A DNA stretch of 64,000 nucleotides from a virus: IMG/VR virus record IMGVR_UViG_3300037337_000170, positions 64,648 through 128,647 of that record; one strand, written 5' to 3'. Below the pieces are notes generated by a model, which was not told the origin of the DNA, ran no database searches, and saw nothing but the letters and a program-made list of their open reading frames with translations. Below, piece by piece: positions 36,500 through 45,231 of the stretch. Numbering within the stretch: position 1 is the stretch's first letter; every line of letters starts with the position of its first letter. The position numbers and the translations under genes were made by a program.

Positions 36500-37615
36500 A
36501 TGACAATTGCAACTCTTAAACTAGATTCCCCGTCAACTCTAACATTTGATGTGGCTATTACCGGAGCATCCGGTGTCCCAGAAGCTAGATTTATTATTGA
36601 AGATAAAGAATTTAGTATTTCATATCCCTGTTTTCAGACCAATGAGGGAGTTGAAGTGGAAATCAAGGGTCTAAAAAATATTCTTCGGGCCGGAGATTAT
36701 CAGGCCAGACTAGAAATTGTATTAGAAAATAAATTGTATGTGCCACTTCGTGATGTAATTACATTTGAACCTACAGTTGAGATTGCCGCATCAAAACCCA
36801 CTAAGCAACTTAAGGAATCTATTGTAATGGGGAAGGTCACAGTAAAGGTAACTGAATCTATTCATACACCTATTAATGAGTCCTTTCTACGTAAGACTCA
36901 GGCTGCAATGATTATTGCACAATCACTAAAATATACACCAGAGCAAAATGAATCGGCTCAAGAGACTATTGATAGCGCCATAAGAAATTCTGGATCAATG
37001 TCTGAGAATCAGCTTAAAACACTCCAGGAAATGCTTAAGTTAGCAGAGTCGGTAGGTGTGGATGTTTCTAATATAGCATTGCCTGTTTTAACCGAGTCAA
37101 AAGTCCCTGAAACCGAAGAGGACGAGTCTGAAGCAGAATTAGAAGATATGGTTAATGGTGTCACCGACTGGGAACACATTATCCATGCCTATGATAATGA
37201 TGAATTGGTAATGATCGATTCCGAGACGGGTGAAATTCTTGATCACGATTTAACTGATGATCTAAATGAGTCAGATGAATTAAACGAAGTATTATCACGA
37301 GCCGAACGAATTAAGGCCAAGATTAGATTTGCCAGGACTGCTAACAAGCGTCAACGTGCTACTCGAATTGCACTAAAGCGCCATAGCTCTAATGCGACTA
37401 TTAATACTAGAGCCCGCCGCTTGGCAATTAATTTAATGAAAACCAAACTTGCACGTGGTAAACCATTGGCAGGCATGAGTGTTCCAGAAAAAATGCGTAT
37501 TGAAAAAATTATTGAACAGCGTTCTAAATTAGTGGGTCGATTGGCCTTAAAGTTAACCAGTCGTATTCGTAATATTGAAAAATCCAGATTGGCCCACAAA
37601 GCCGTAACCAAATAA
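36500..37615 (+). CDS. Putative head protein with basic C-terminal (gp68-like character) domain
   Basis: Repeated L/I-x-E sites; Arg/Lys-rich C-terminus EVLSRAERIKAKIRF... Confidence 0.6.
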   Translation: MTIATLKLDSPSTLTFDVAITGASGVPEARFIIEDKEFSISYPCFQTNEGVEVEIKGLKNILRAGDYQARLEIVLENKLYVPLRDVITFEPTVEIAASKPTKQLKESIVMGKVTVKVTESIHTPINESFLRKTQAAMIIAQSLKYTPEQNESAQETIDSAIRNSGSMSENQLKTLQEMLKLAESVGVDVSNIALPVLTESKVPETEEDESEAELEDMVNGVTDWEHIIHAYDNDELVMIDSETGEILDHDLTDDLNESDELNEVLSRAERIKAKIRFARTANKRQRATRIALKRHSSNATINTRARRLAINLMKTKLARGKPLAGMSVPEKMRIEKIIEQRSKLVGRLALKLTSRIRNIEKSRLAHKAVTK

Positions 37616-37625
37616 AGGTATTAAC

Positions 37626-38804
37626 ATGACAGATATAAGCAAAACTTCCTTCAAGGATTACATCGTGGTACATGAATCGGTAATTGAAGATATTGATAGG
37701 CAACTAGAAGAAATGATGTCTCAGAAACAAGCTCGAGATGCTCATGTTGGTGGCATGAAACGGGCTGAGGACGAAACTAAAGATTCACAGGCTAAGCACC
37801 CAAAGGGGAGTAAAGTCGTCCTTTCTGGTAATCGTATTGCTACAGTCACCGGTCATAATGGTACCACAGTCAATACAGATCTTGGCGATCACCATATGAC
37901 AAAGGTTAGAGCCCTTAAAGAGAATGAGGAAATTGTAGAATCATTTACTGTAAAAAACGCCGCCGGTAAAGTAGTTCATACCGCCTACTCAGAAAATGCG
38001 GCCCGTGCTAAAGCAATTGAACTATCTAAAACCGGTGAAAAACACACCTCCGGCTTTGATCGTCAAGCGATGGTTAAGGAATCCGACGATCTAGAAGAAG
38101 CTACTCTGACCCACCACAGTGCCGACTGGGACGACCGGTCCGCAAAATATAACAGTGTTAAGCACCATGGTAAGGATGGCGCAGGAGCTGATGTCTACAC
38201 TGCCGTACACGAGTACGGTCATCACACCGCCCTTGTTGTAAAGAATGGTAAGCTTGTTGCTTCTACCAAGGAAAAAACTAGCGAGGCGATTAAGGCGCGA
38301 GCCAAGAAGGCCGTGGATTCAAAGAAGACTCATTACTGGGATACACCGGGTGATTCTTGGTACAATGCACACCACAGCGGCGGTGCACCAAAAGCCAATC
38401 ATGTCGAGATTCATGAAGCCGCATTCGACTGGGGTAAAACCAAGCCAGATGTATCAAGGTTTTTTGGTAAGGGTAAAAAGTCAGATACGAAAAAATCTGA
38501 AGGTGGCCTAATCCATAAGGGAACTTACGGTTCAGAAGATCACCGTGCACCTAATTCTGTAAATACACCAAAGGAAAAGCAATCTGTAGGTCGCCCAGCT
38601 GGCGCATACGGTGGTGCTTATAAAATTGACAAGGGTGCTCGCGACAGTCAAGAATATAAAGATGCTTTATCTGCAAAAGTTCGTGCTGCAAAGGCTCAAG
38701 GCTTTGAGGATCGAACCTACTTCAAGGATCTAATGAATGCGTCTCTACTAAACCATGCTAAATATTTGGCCAAAAAAGCCGATGACGAAGCCAAAAATAA
38801 ATAA
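37626..38804 (+). CDS. Modular putative internal head protein
   Basis: SFKDY near the N-terminus; His/Lys-rich modules separated by LEE/LKE/IVE/VKE/IHE. Confidence 0.6.
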   Translation: MTDISKTSFKDYIVVHESVIEDIDRQLEEMMSQKQARDAHVGGMKRAEDETKDSQAKHPKGSKVVLSGNRIATVTGHNGTTVNTDLGDHHMTKVRALKENEEIVESFTVKNAAGKVVHTAYSENAARAKAIELSKTGEKHTSGFDRQAMVKESDDLEEATLTHHSADWDDRSAKYNSVKHHGKDGAGADVYTAVHEYGHHTALVVKNGKLVASTKEKTSEAIKARAKKAVDSKKTHYWDTPGDSWYNAHHSGGAPKANHVEIHEAAFDWGKTKPDVSRFFGKGKKSDTKKSEGGLIHKGTYGSEDHRAPNSVNTPKEKQSVGRPAGAYGGAYKIDKGARDSQEYKDALSAKVRAAKAQGFEDRTYFKDLMNASLLNHAKYLAKKADDEAKNK

Positions 38805-38813
38805 GGAAATAAT

Positions 38814-39608
38814 ATGTTATTCACAAATAAAGACTCACAAGCCGGTCAACCAAAAAACCTTGATGTTGGTCAAGTAAAGGGTATCGCCCTTTCTGGTACA
38901 ATGAGTGGTTACGCAAACGGCGCGGTACTTACTATTTCAGCCCCGCCTACTGGCGGTGTCCAAGCAGCTGGCACTATTTTGGTAACAGCGGGTGTTATTA
39001 CTGGAGTAATTATAGTCAATCCAGGTGCTGGTTACACTAGTGCGCCAACAGTTACAGCACCTGTGGGATCCGGTGCGGTACTATCAGCTTCAGTAGCCGC
39101 TAATCTTTACGCTAACTCAGAAATCGTGTTTGTTTCCTTAGAAGAATCCCTTATTGTATCTAATAAACTAAAAGGAATTAGTTCACCAGGTTGGTATCGT
39201 ATTGTGGAAAAAATGACATCTGCCGGTAATATTACATACAAAAGCGAATGTCTTGTTGCAATGACTGTTGCGACTGCCGTGTCAACTGATGGCAAAGGTG
39301 ATGATCTTGTAGTTGGCGATGTTAATATTGCTATTGCCACCCAACCTCAGGCTCAATCTGCTACAGCTCCTGGTGCGGCTTCATTTACAGTTGTAGGCAC
39401 AGGTGTTACCACGTTCCAATGGCAGGTACAGGTCGGTGGTGTAGGCTCATATATTAACGCGATAGGCGCCCCATATACCACACCAACTGCAGCCACACTT
39501 GGCATTACCAACTCTACTGGTTTAAATGGTAATCGTTATCGAGTAATTTGTGGTAATGGTGGTACAGCCCAAGTAACTTCACGCGGTGCAAGTCTAACCG
39601 TCGCTTAA
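38814..39608 (+). CDS. Head outer/fibre protein with C-terminal Ig-like domain
   Basis: GISSPGW...KSECLVAM motif; IATQP...SFTV...FQWQ...YRVI Ig pattern. Confidence 0.7.
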   Translation: MLFTNKDSQAGQPKNLDVGQVKGIALSGTMSGYANGAVLTISAPPTGGVQAAGTILVTAGVITGVIIVNPGAGYTSAPTVTAPVGSGAVLSASVAANLYANSEIVFVSLEESLIVSNKLKGISSPGWYRIVEKMTSAGNITYKSECLVAMTVATAVSTDGKGDDLVVGDVNIAIATQPQAQSATAPGAASFTVVGTGVTTFQWQVQVGGVGSYINAIGAPYTTPTAATLGITNSTGLNGNRYRVICGNGGTAQVTSRGASLTVA

Positions 39609-39610
39609 TT

Positions 39611-39964
39611 ATGATAATGTCCGAGTCAGAATTTTTCAGAGTCGCATTACACTCATACAGTAATGCGCAATGTATTTCCGTAGAGGAATTCGACTCGGAT
39701 CTATCAAGAATAATGGGTGTAAAAAAACTTATTGACAAACTTGATGTCAATTGTTCTTATCGGTTGGTATTGAACAATCTAGTTATTCTTTATAATAACT
39801 TTGGTAATCATGCTACAGAGCTACTTATCTACAAATTACCGTCATATCAACTATCAGTATTATTTCCATTTTTACTATATCTAAATCGATTGCCAATAGA
39901 TGTGATAGAGTACCACAAGATTGAATTGGACGAAAAAACAATAACCGAACTAAGGAAGATATAA
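39611..39964 (+). CDS. Conserved T4-like phage hypothetical protein
   Basis: Y.N.QC...EEF..DL.R...KKL, RLVLNNLVILYN.FG and LRKI pattern. Confidence 0.75.
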   Translation: MIMSESEFFRVALHSYSNAQCISVEEFDSDLSRIMGVKKLIDKLDVNCSYRLVLNNLVILYNNFGNHATELLIYKLPSYQLSVLFPFLLYLNRLPIDVIEYHKIELDEKTITELRKI

Positions 39965-40458
39965 TGGCAGCATCAATTTTAGACAGTATGGCAGCTCTTC
40001 GAGTAGCATACCTTCTTATTAATCCAATTGAAAATACTGCAGCATATAAGTTGGGTCTAATTGATATCGATGGTAAGACAGTTAGAAAAGCCGTTACCCG
40101 AGAGGAGAAGAAATCTACTTCAATGCTACACAGATTATCCTGGAATCTAAAAAGACTTATTGGTTTAATACCGGGTGGAAGTACCAGAATCGGTTCAGCT
40201 GCCGCGGCTTTTCTTTTAATGAAAGAGGCGGTTGAGAATAATTGGTCTGAAGCTGAGTTAAACGAGCAATGTCTATCTAGATTCAATGGGTTATGTGAAG
40301 CCGAATGCCCAGAATTAGAAACACTTTTTGAAGAACTTAGTATACTTGAGGAAGATGCACCGGCTAATGCCACTGGAACTGCAGTTAGCACAAACATTCC
40401 ACTAGAACGTCTATTTACCATGAGGCGACGTAAGTGGAAAGCTATAGTACTCCCTTAA
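39964..40458 (+). CDS. Conserved T4-like phage hypothetical protein
   Basis: AYKLGLID.DGK, HRL..NLKRL...PGG and EEDAPANATG motifs. Confidence 0.75.
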   Translation: MAASILDSMAALRVAYLLINPIENTAAYKLGLIDIDGKTVRKAVTREEKKSTSMLHRLSWNLKRLIGLIPGGSTRIGSAAAAFLLMKEAVENNWSEAELNEQCLSRFNGLCEAECPELETLFEELSILEEDAPANATGTAVSTNIPLERLFTMRRRKWKAIVLP

Positions 40459-40480
40459 ATAAGTTTTTAGGTAACTTTAT

Positions 40481-40741
40481 ATGAATAGCAGTATATTTTC
40501 AGTTAGCCAAACCGTGCAGGTTACGGCAATCATCGAACTTGATATCAATGGCACTAAGTTAAAACTTAGTCTTGAAGATGCTAAAAAGTTATATTCCGCT
40601 CTCGGCCCCATTGTTGAACCAGTGAAATCTGGTAATCTTACATATCCACCAGGAGTTAGATCCAGTAATGCTTTTGAGAAAAATACTCCATATTTCCCAT
40701 TTGATATATCGTTACAAGGTAAAAATACTATAGTATGCTAA
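40481..40741 (+). CDS. Hypothetical protein
   Basis: ORF with AGGT RBS. Confidence 0.55.
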   Translation: MNSSIFSVSQTVQVTAIIELDINGTKLKLSLEDAKKLYSALGPIVEPVKSGNLTYPPGVRSSNAFEKNTPYFPFDISLQGKNTIVC

Positions 40742-41382
40742 TATTTTTATCAACAGTATTTTATCAGTTCATTTATGCACTGATCCTACCCGGGCTTCTA
40801 TTGGGCATCGGTGCAATTATTTTAAGTTTGTTTCTGCCAAACTTTGCTTATAAGAAACATGTTTTTATTATCGGTGTAGTTGCCATAGTATTTTTTACAT
40901 TTTTTTCTGGTAAATATACTTCAGAGACAAAGTGGAAAGCTAAATGGCAGCTTCATGAAACCCAGCAGGCACTTGAAATAGCCAAATTAGAAGCCGCCGC
41001 CGCTTATATAACTACTGAAACCGTAGTTATGTATGTAGATAAAGTCAAAGTAGTTGAAAAACTCAAAACCGAATATAGGACAGTTTATGTTGACAAGTAT
41101 ATCACGACCGAAATTGATAATCAGTATGGTTTTTTGCCTGATACTTTCATCATGCTCCACGATTCAGCCGCAAAGGGCCTTGTTCCCGACACCACCCGAA
41201 GCGCTGATGAAATCACCACAGAAGCTTCAGGAATTAAGCTCTCTACCGCGACAAAAGTAATAGTAGATAATTACTTGACATGCACCGCGACAGAACTTCA
41301 ACTTTTATCCCTACAAAAGTGGGTAAGAGACCAGCAACGTCTGCATGATGGTGGGCTAGATGCTGGTAAAAATCATCGGTGA
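40735..41382 (+). CDS. Inner-membrane spanin (Rz-like)
   Basis: N-terminal TM segments, coiled coil, YVDKVKVV, LHDSAA and NY..C....QL..LQ.W motifs. Confidence 0.7.
   Translation: MLIFLSTVFYQFIYALILPGLLLGIGAIILSLFLPNFAYKKHVFIIGVVAIVFFTFFSGKYTSETKWKAKWQLHETQQALEIAKLEAAAAYITTETVVMYVDKVKVVEKLKTEYRTVYVDKYITTEIDNQYGFLPDTFIMLHDSAAKGLVPDTTRSADEITTEASGIKLSTATKVIVDNYLTCTATELQLLSLQKWVRDQQRLHDGGLDAGKNHR
41087..41260 (+). CDS. Outer-membrane spanin lipoprotein (Rz1-like), embedded in Rz
   Basis: Signal peptide with lipobox LSSC followed by Pro-rich FPTPPEALMKSP, in an alternative frame. Confidence 0.7.
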   Translation: MLTSISRPKLIISMVFCLILSSCSTIQPQRALFPTPPEALMKSPQKLQELSSLPRQK

Positions 41383-41443
41383 ATGTGACTTTCCTAGGCT
41401 TAGACCTTAGGTATATCTCCACAAACCTAGCTAGATACTATGT

Positions 41444-41518
41444 CGAACAACTGGAAGACATAATCTATTATATCCATAAAATTCGATTTAAAAAATAAAC
41501 TTGTGAGATAAGATGTAA
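41444..41518 (-). promoter_or_regulatory. Repeated orphan promoter element, copy 3
   Basis: TTACA-N13-GTTTATT-N21-TATAAT-...ATGTCTTCCAGTTGTTCG on the minus strand; back-to-back with the gp55 promoter. Confidence 0.6.
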
Positions 41519-41533
41519 AGGTCTGTCTCATAA

Positions 41534-41567
41534 GTTTATTTTTTGTACTCCAGATATGTGTTATAAT
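41534..41567 (+). promoter_or_regulatory. Middle-type promoter GTTTATT-N21-TATAAT (gp55)
   Basis: Same motif and spacing at 49545, 50214, 53869, 57751, 59325 and 61682. Confidence 0.65.
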
Positions 41568-41587
41568 TACTCAACACTAGGAGAAAT

Positions 41588-42175
41588 ATGGAACTTAAAC
41601 TCAAACCTACCGTCGATGCTGCGAATCCCCGCTACTACCTAGACAAGGTAAAAATGCGTGAAGCTCTTTTTGAGTACAAAGAGCAGTGTGATGCTGCCCT
41701 AGCAAAAGGCGAGGAACAGCCTGGGGTGTCAAACTACCTAGGCGAGTGTTTCTTGCTTATAGCCAGAGGCATTGGTCATAAATTTAACTTTCGCAACTAC
41801 TCATTCTTAAACGATATGATTTCGGATGGGGTACACGTTTGCCTAAAGTACGTTCGGTCTTATGACCCTGCAAGGGTAAATGCAACTACAGGGCTGCCAA
41901 CATCCCCCTTGAGTTATTTCAGTCAAGCAATTCATTTTAGCTTCATTAACCGTATTAATATAGAGGCAAAGCAAAGCCGAATTAAGCGTGCAATGATATA
42001 TTCTGCCGATATTGATTCATTCAGTCTTCAAGATGATGAAGATGCCGGCGATTTTAGAATGAATCTAAATGAATTTATTTCTGGTCTAGGTACCAATGAG
42101 GTTGAAGCGATGGTTAGCAAAAAACCAAAAAAATCAGATAATGATGCTCCTAATATGTTCGATGATTTTGTGTAA
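41588..42175 (+). CDS. gp55: Late-transcription sigma factor gp55
   Basis: YLGECF..IA, NF.NYSF..DMISDG and P.SYFSQ...FSFINRI..E.KQ motifs. Confidence 0.93.
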   Translation: MELKLKPTVDAANPRYYLDKVKMREALFEYKEQCDAALAKGEEQPGVSNYLGECFLLIARGIGHKFNFRNYSFLNDMISDGVHVCLKYVRSYDPARVNATTGLPTSPLSYFSQAIHFSFINRINIEAKQSRIKRAMIYSADIDSFSLQDDEDAGDFRMNLNEFISGLGTNEVEAMVSKKPKKSDNDAPNMFDDFV

Positions 42176-42184
42176 GGCGATTAA

Positions 42185-43228
42185 ATGAAATTTGCAATTG
42201 TAGGCGATTGTCACTTGGGTGTTAAATCTGGTTCTTCCCATTTTGCCAAATACCAGATTAGATTTTTCAATGAGCAACTTTTTCCTTATATGGAACAGCA
42301 TGGGATTGATACTATCATACAAACAGGAGATCTCTGGGACCATAGAACACAATTACAATTAAAATCATATCATCCTGTTAAAAAGCATATCTTTGATGAA
42401 ATGCAAAAAAGAAATATCAAGTTTCACACCTTGGTAGGAAATCATGATATGCAACTCAGGGAGTCTGTAAAACTTAATACCTCAGAAATATTACTTAGAG
42501 AATATTCTAATGTCAGGGTATATTCACATCCAACCGCGGTGGCTTTCGATGATATTACAGTGGACATAGTTCCATGGATATGCAATGAAAACGGAGAGGA
42601 AATACGCGAGTTTATGACACGTAAGATTGTTGGTGATATTTGTATTGGTCACTTTGAGATCGTCGGCGGCATGATGCAAAAAGGTATCCCAGGTCATGGC
42701 GGCATGCCGACTAAATTGTTTGAACGTTATTCTTCAGTTAAGGTCGGACATTATCACTCTAGAAATTTTTTGAATGATGGTCAGATTGAGTATGTAGGTA
42801 CACCATATCCCATGAACTGGGGCGATTGCAACGATCAACGGGGCTTCAACATATTTGACACTAAAACCTTGACCACAGAATTTATTCCTAATCCAGAAGA
42901 AATGTTTATAAAGTTGCGATATGACAATGTATGCTATACGAATCCCAAGTCTATTACTGGAAAATATGTCAAACTGATTGTTGATAATAAGAAAAATTTG
43001 GTAGACTTTGACAACTATCTCAATAGCCTTAAACTTGCTGATCCTCATGATCTGATTATCATTGATAATAAAATTGACCTAAGCGGCGGTGATATCGAAG
43101 AATCAGTAGAAGTACAAAATACTGAAACCATCATTAATCAATATATTGATGGTATGACAGATAACATAGATAAAGACTCAGTGAAACATTATGTTCAATC
43201 ATTGTTACAAGAAGCAAATAATCGATGA
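42185..43228 (+). CDS. gp47: Recombination endonuclease subunit gp47 (Mre11/SbcD-like)
   Basis: GDCHLG, GDLWD, GNHD, GHFE and GHYH motifs. Confidence 0.95.
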   Translation: MKFAIVGDCHLGVKSGSSHFAKYQIRFFNEQLFPYMEQHGIDTIIQTGDLWDHRTQLQLKSYHPVKKHIFDEMQKRNIKFHTLVGNHDMQLRESVKLNTSEILLREYSNVRVYSHPTAVAFDDITVDIVPWICNENGEEIREFMTRKIVGDICIGHFEIVGGMMQKGIPGHGGMPTKLFERYSSVKVGHYHSRNFLNDGQIEYVGTPYPMNWGDCNDQRGFNIFDTKTLTTEFIPNPEEMFIKLRYDNVCYTNPKSITGKYVKLIVDNKKNLVDFDNYLNSLKLADPHDLIIIDNKIDLSGGDIEESVEVQNTETIINQYIDGMTDNIDKDSVKHYVQSLLQEANNR

Positions 43229-44922
43229 TTACACTACACCAAATAACCGTCACCAATCTACTATCATATGGCAATGTACCTACGACATTGCGCTTGGATA
43301 AGCATAGAAATACCTTGATTGCATCTAGCTCAGGTTCAGGTAAGTCTGTTTGGGTTGATGCTGTCTGTTATGCATTGTACTCTAAGCCATATCGTAATAT
43401 TAAATTACCTCAGCTGATTAACTCGATTAATCTAAAGGGAATGCTGACCACAATTGAGTTTTCTATTGGCTCAATACAATATAAAGTTGTTCGTGGTATG
43501 AAACCCAACATCTTTGAAATATACCAAAATGGTATTCTACTCGATCAAGAAGCAGCAACACGTGATTACCAAGGCTATCTGACCAATACTATTTTAAAAA
43601 TTAGTATGAAAACCTTTTGCCAGATTGTCTTAATTGGTACCGCTGGTTTCACTCCATTCATGCAATTGCCAGCAGGTCAGCGGCGTGATGTTGTCGAAGA
43701 TGTATTAGATATTGCAGTATTTTCTGAAATGAATTTGATTTTACGACAGCGTATTCAGGATAGCAAGGACAGTCTATTATCTGTAAACGGTATGTTGGAT
43801 GGTGCAAAAAAAGATACGCAGAATCAGTTGAAAATCATCAAACTAATGGAAGGTCATCATGAGGAAAAAATCAATAGTCTGAAAGCTCAGATATTAGAGA
43901 CAGAATGCGATATAGACGAGCTTGCCATTGAACTTGCTGTGAATAATGCTAAGGAAAGTAATCTAACAGAAAATAAAAAGAGTCTTACTGTTGACAATTC
44001 CAAGGATATATTTCTACTTCAAGATGAAATGGACCGGGCTAATAAAAAAATATCATCGATTGATGTTATGGAATCTTGTCCAACATGTATGCAATGTGTT
44101 ACCGCAGATCACAAAAAGATTACGGAACTAATTATTAAGGACCGTCTTTCTATAATTAGTGCCAAGTTAGAACTCTTACAAGTAGAACAAGAGCACTTTA
44201 ATTCTATTATTCAATTTAATATCGACATCGAAGCGGAACTTAAGATTATAAGTTCCGGCTCTAAATTTAAGAGCAATTCGATTGAACTAAAAAAGAAAGA
44301 TATATTCTCTTACAAAACAAATATTGCCTTATTAGAACAAGACACAAATGGGCTAGAGACGGAAAAGTTAAAATTAAAGTCAGTTGCAGCCGATGCACTT
44401 TCCATGTTAGAGCAAAAGAAGTTATTACTAACAGAAAGAGCTGTTCAGGATATCTCCTTGGGTCTATTAAAGGATGGTGGCATAAAGTCCAAAATTATTA
44501 ATGAGTACATTCCTATTCTTAACAAACTCATTAACAAATATTTAGGCGAGTTTGGTTTCTTTGTAAATTTTACTCTTGACGAACATTTTAATGAAAAGAT
44601 TCTTTCCCGAGGTAGGGATGAATTTGGTTACAATTCCTTCTCCGAAGGTGAAAAAGCTAGGATCGATTTGAGTATTTTGTTTGCATTTCGTCAGATAACT
44701 GAAATAAAAAACAGTGCCTCGGTTAACCTATTATTTCTTGATGAGGTAGCCTCATCAGCCCTCGACTTGAACTCCAAGGAGGCATTTGTGGAAATTTTGA
44801 CTCAACTTGAGAACGGAAATAATTTTGTTATCAGCCATAATGCTCCGGATAGTAGCATCTATGACCAGGTGATCAGTGTCTCTAAGAAAAACGACTTCAG
44901 CATGCTTGAGTACCTAGCCTGA
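43225..44922 (+). CDS. gp46: Recombination endonuclease subunit gp46 (Rad50/SbcC-like)
   Basis: NLLSYG, GSGKS, CPTC zinc hook, FSEGEK, LFLDE and VISH motifs. Confidence 0.95.
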   Translation: MITLHQITVTNLLSYGNVPTTLRLDKHRNTLIASSSGSGKSVWVDAVCYALYSKPYRNIKLPQLINSINLKGMLTTIEFSIGSIQYKVVRGMKPNIFEIYQNGILLDQEAATRDYQGYLTNTILKISMKTFCQIVLIGTAGFTPFMQLPAGQRRDVVEDVLDIAVFSEMNLILRQRIQDSKDSLLSVNGMLDGAKKDTQNQLKIIKLMEGHHEEKINSLKAQILETECDIDELAIELAVNNAKESNLTENKKSLTVDNSKDIFLLQDEMDRANKKISSIDVMESCPTCMQCVTADHKKITELIIKDRLSIISAKLELLQVEQEHFNSIIQFNIDIEAELKIISSGSKFKSNSIELKKKDIFSYKTNIALLEQDTNGLETEKLKLKSVAADALSMLEQKKLLLTERAVQDISLGLLKDGGIKSKIINEYIPILNKLINKYLGEFGFFVNFTLDEHFNEKILSRGRDEFGYNSFSEGEKARIDLSILFAFRQITEIKNSASVNLLFLDEVASSALDLNSKEAFVEILTQLENGNNFVISHNAPDSSIYDQVISVSKKNDFSMLEYLA

Positions 44923-44925
44923 CAT

Positions 44926-44968
44926 TTTACTTTTATTCTTGTCTGTGTTATAATAAACACATACCAAC
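44926..44968 (+). promoter_or_regulatory. Early (sigma70-type) promoter TTTACT-N17-TATAAT, repeated element
   Basis: Identical to 45177-45219; 12 similar copies in the window. Confidence 0.8.
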
Positions 44969-44980
44969 CAGGGAAACACC

Positions 44981-45166
44981 ATGTCAGAACTTACTTACCC
45001 AACTTTGCCATGCCCTCTCGGCCTTGTTCAATTTGCTGCTGAGCAGTATGAAGATGCATGGACCTCAAGCATGGAAGCATATGGTGAAGAGCAGATGCTA
45101 GCATATGCGGAGCCTCTGTTGCGGCGCATCAAGGAACTTGAGAAAATGTTGGCTGAAAATACTTAA
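44981..45166 (+). CDS. Hypothetical early protein
   Basis: Own promoter and AGGGA RBS. Confidence 0.65.
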   Translation: MSELTYPTLPCPLGLVQFAAEQYEDAWTSSMEAYGEEQMLAYAEPLLRRIKELEKMLAENT

Positions 45167-45176
45167 GCTATAAAAT

Positions 45177-45219
45177 TTTACTTTTATTCTTGTCTGTGTT
45201 ATAATAAACACATACCAAC
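45177..45219 (+). promoter_or_regulatory. Early promoter repeat
   Basis: TTTACT 45177, TATAAT 45200. Confidence 0.8.
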
Positions 45220-45231
45220 ACGACATACATT

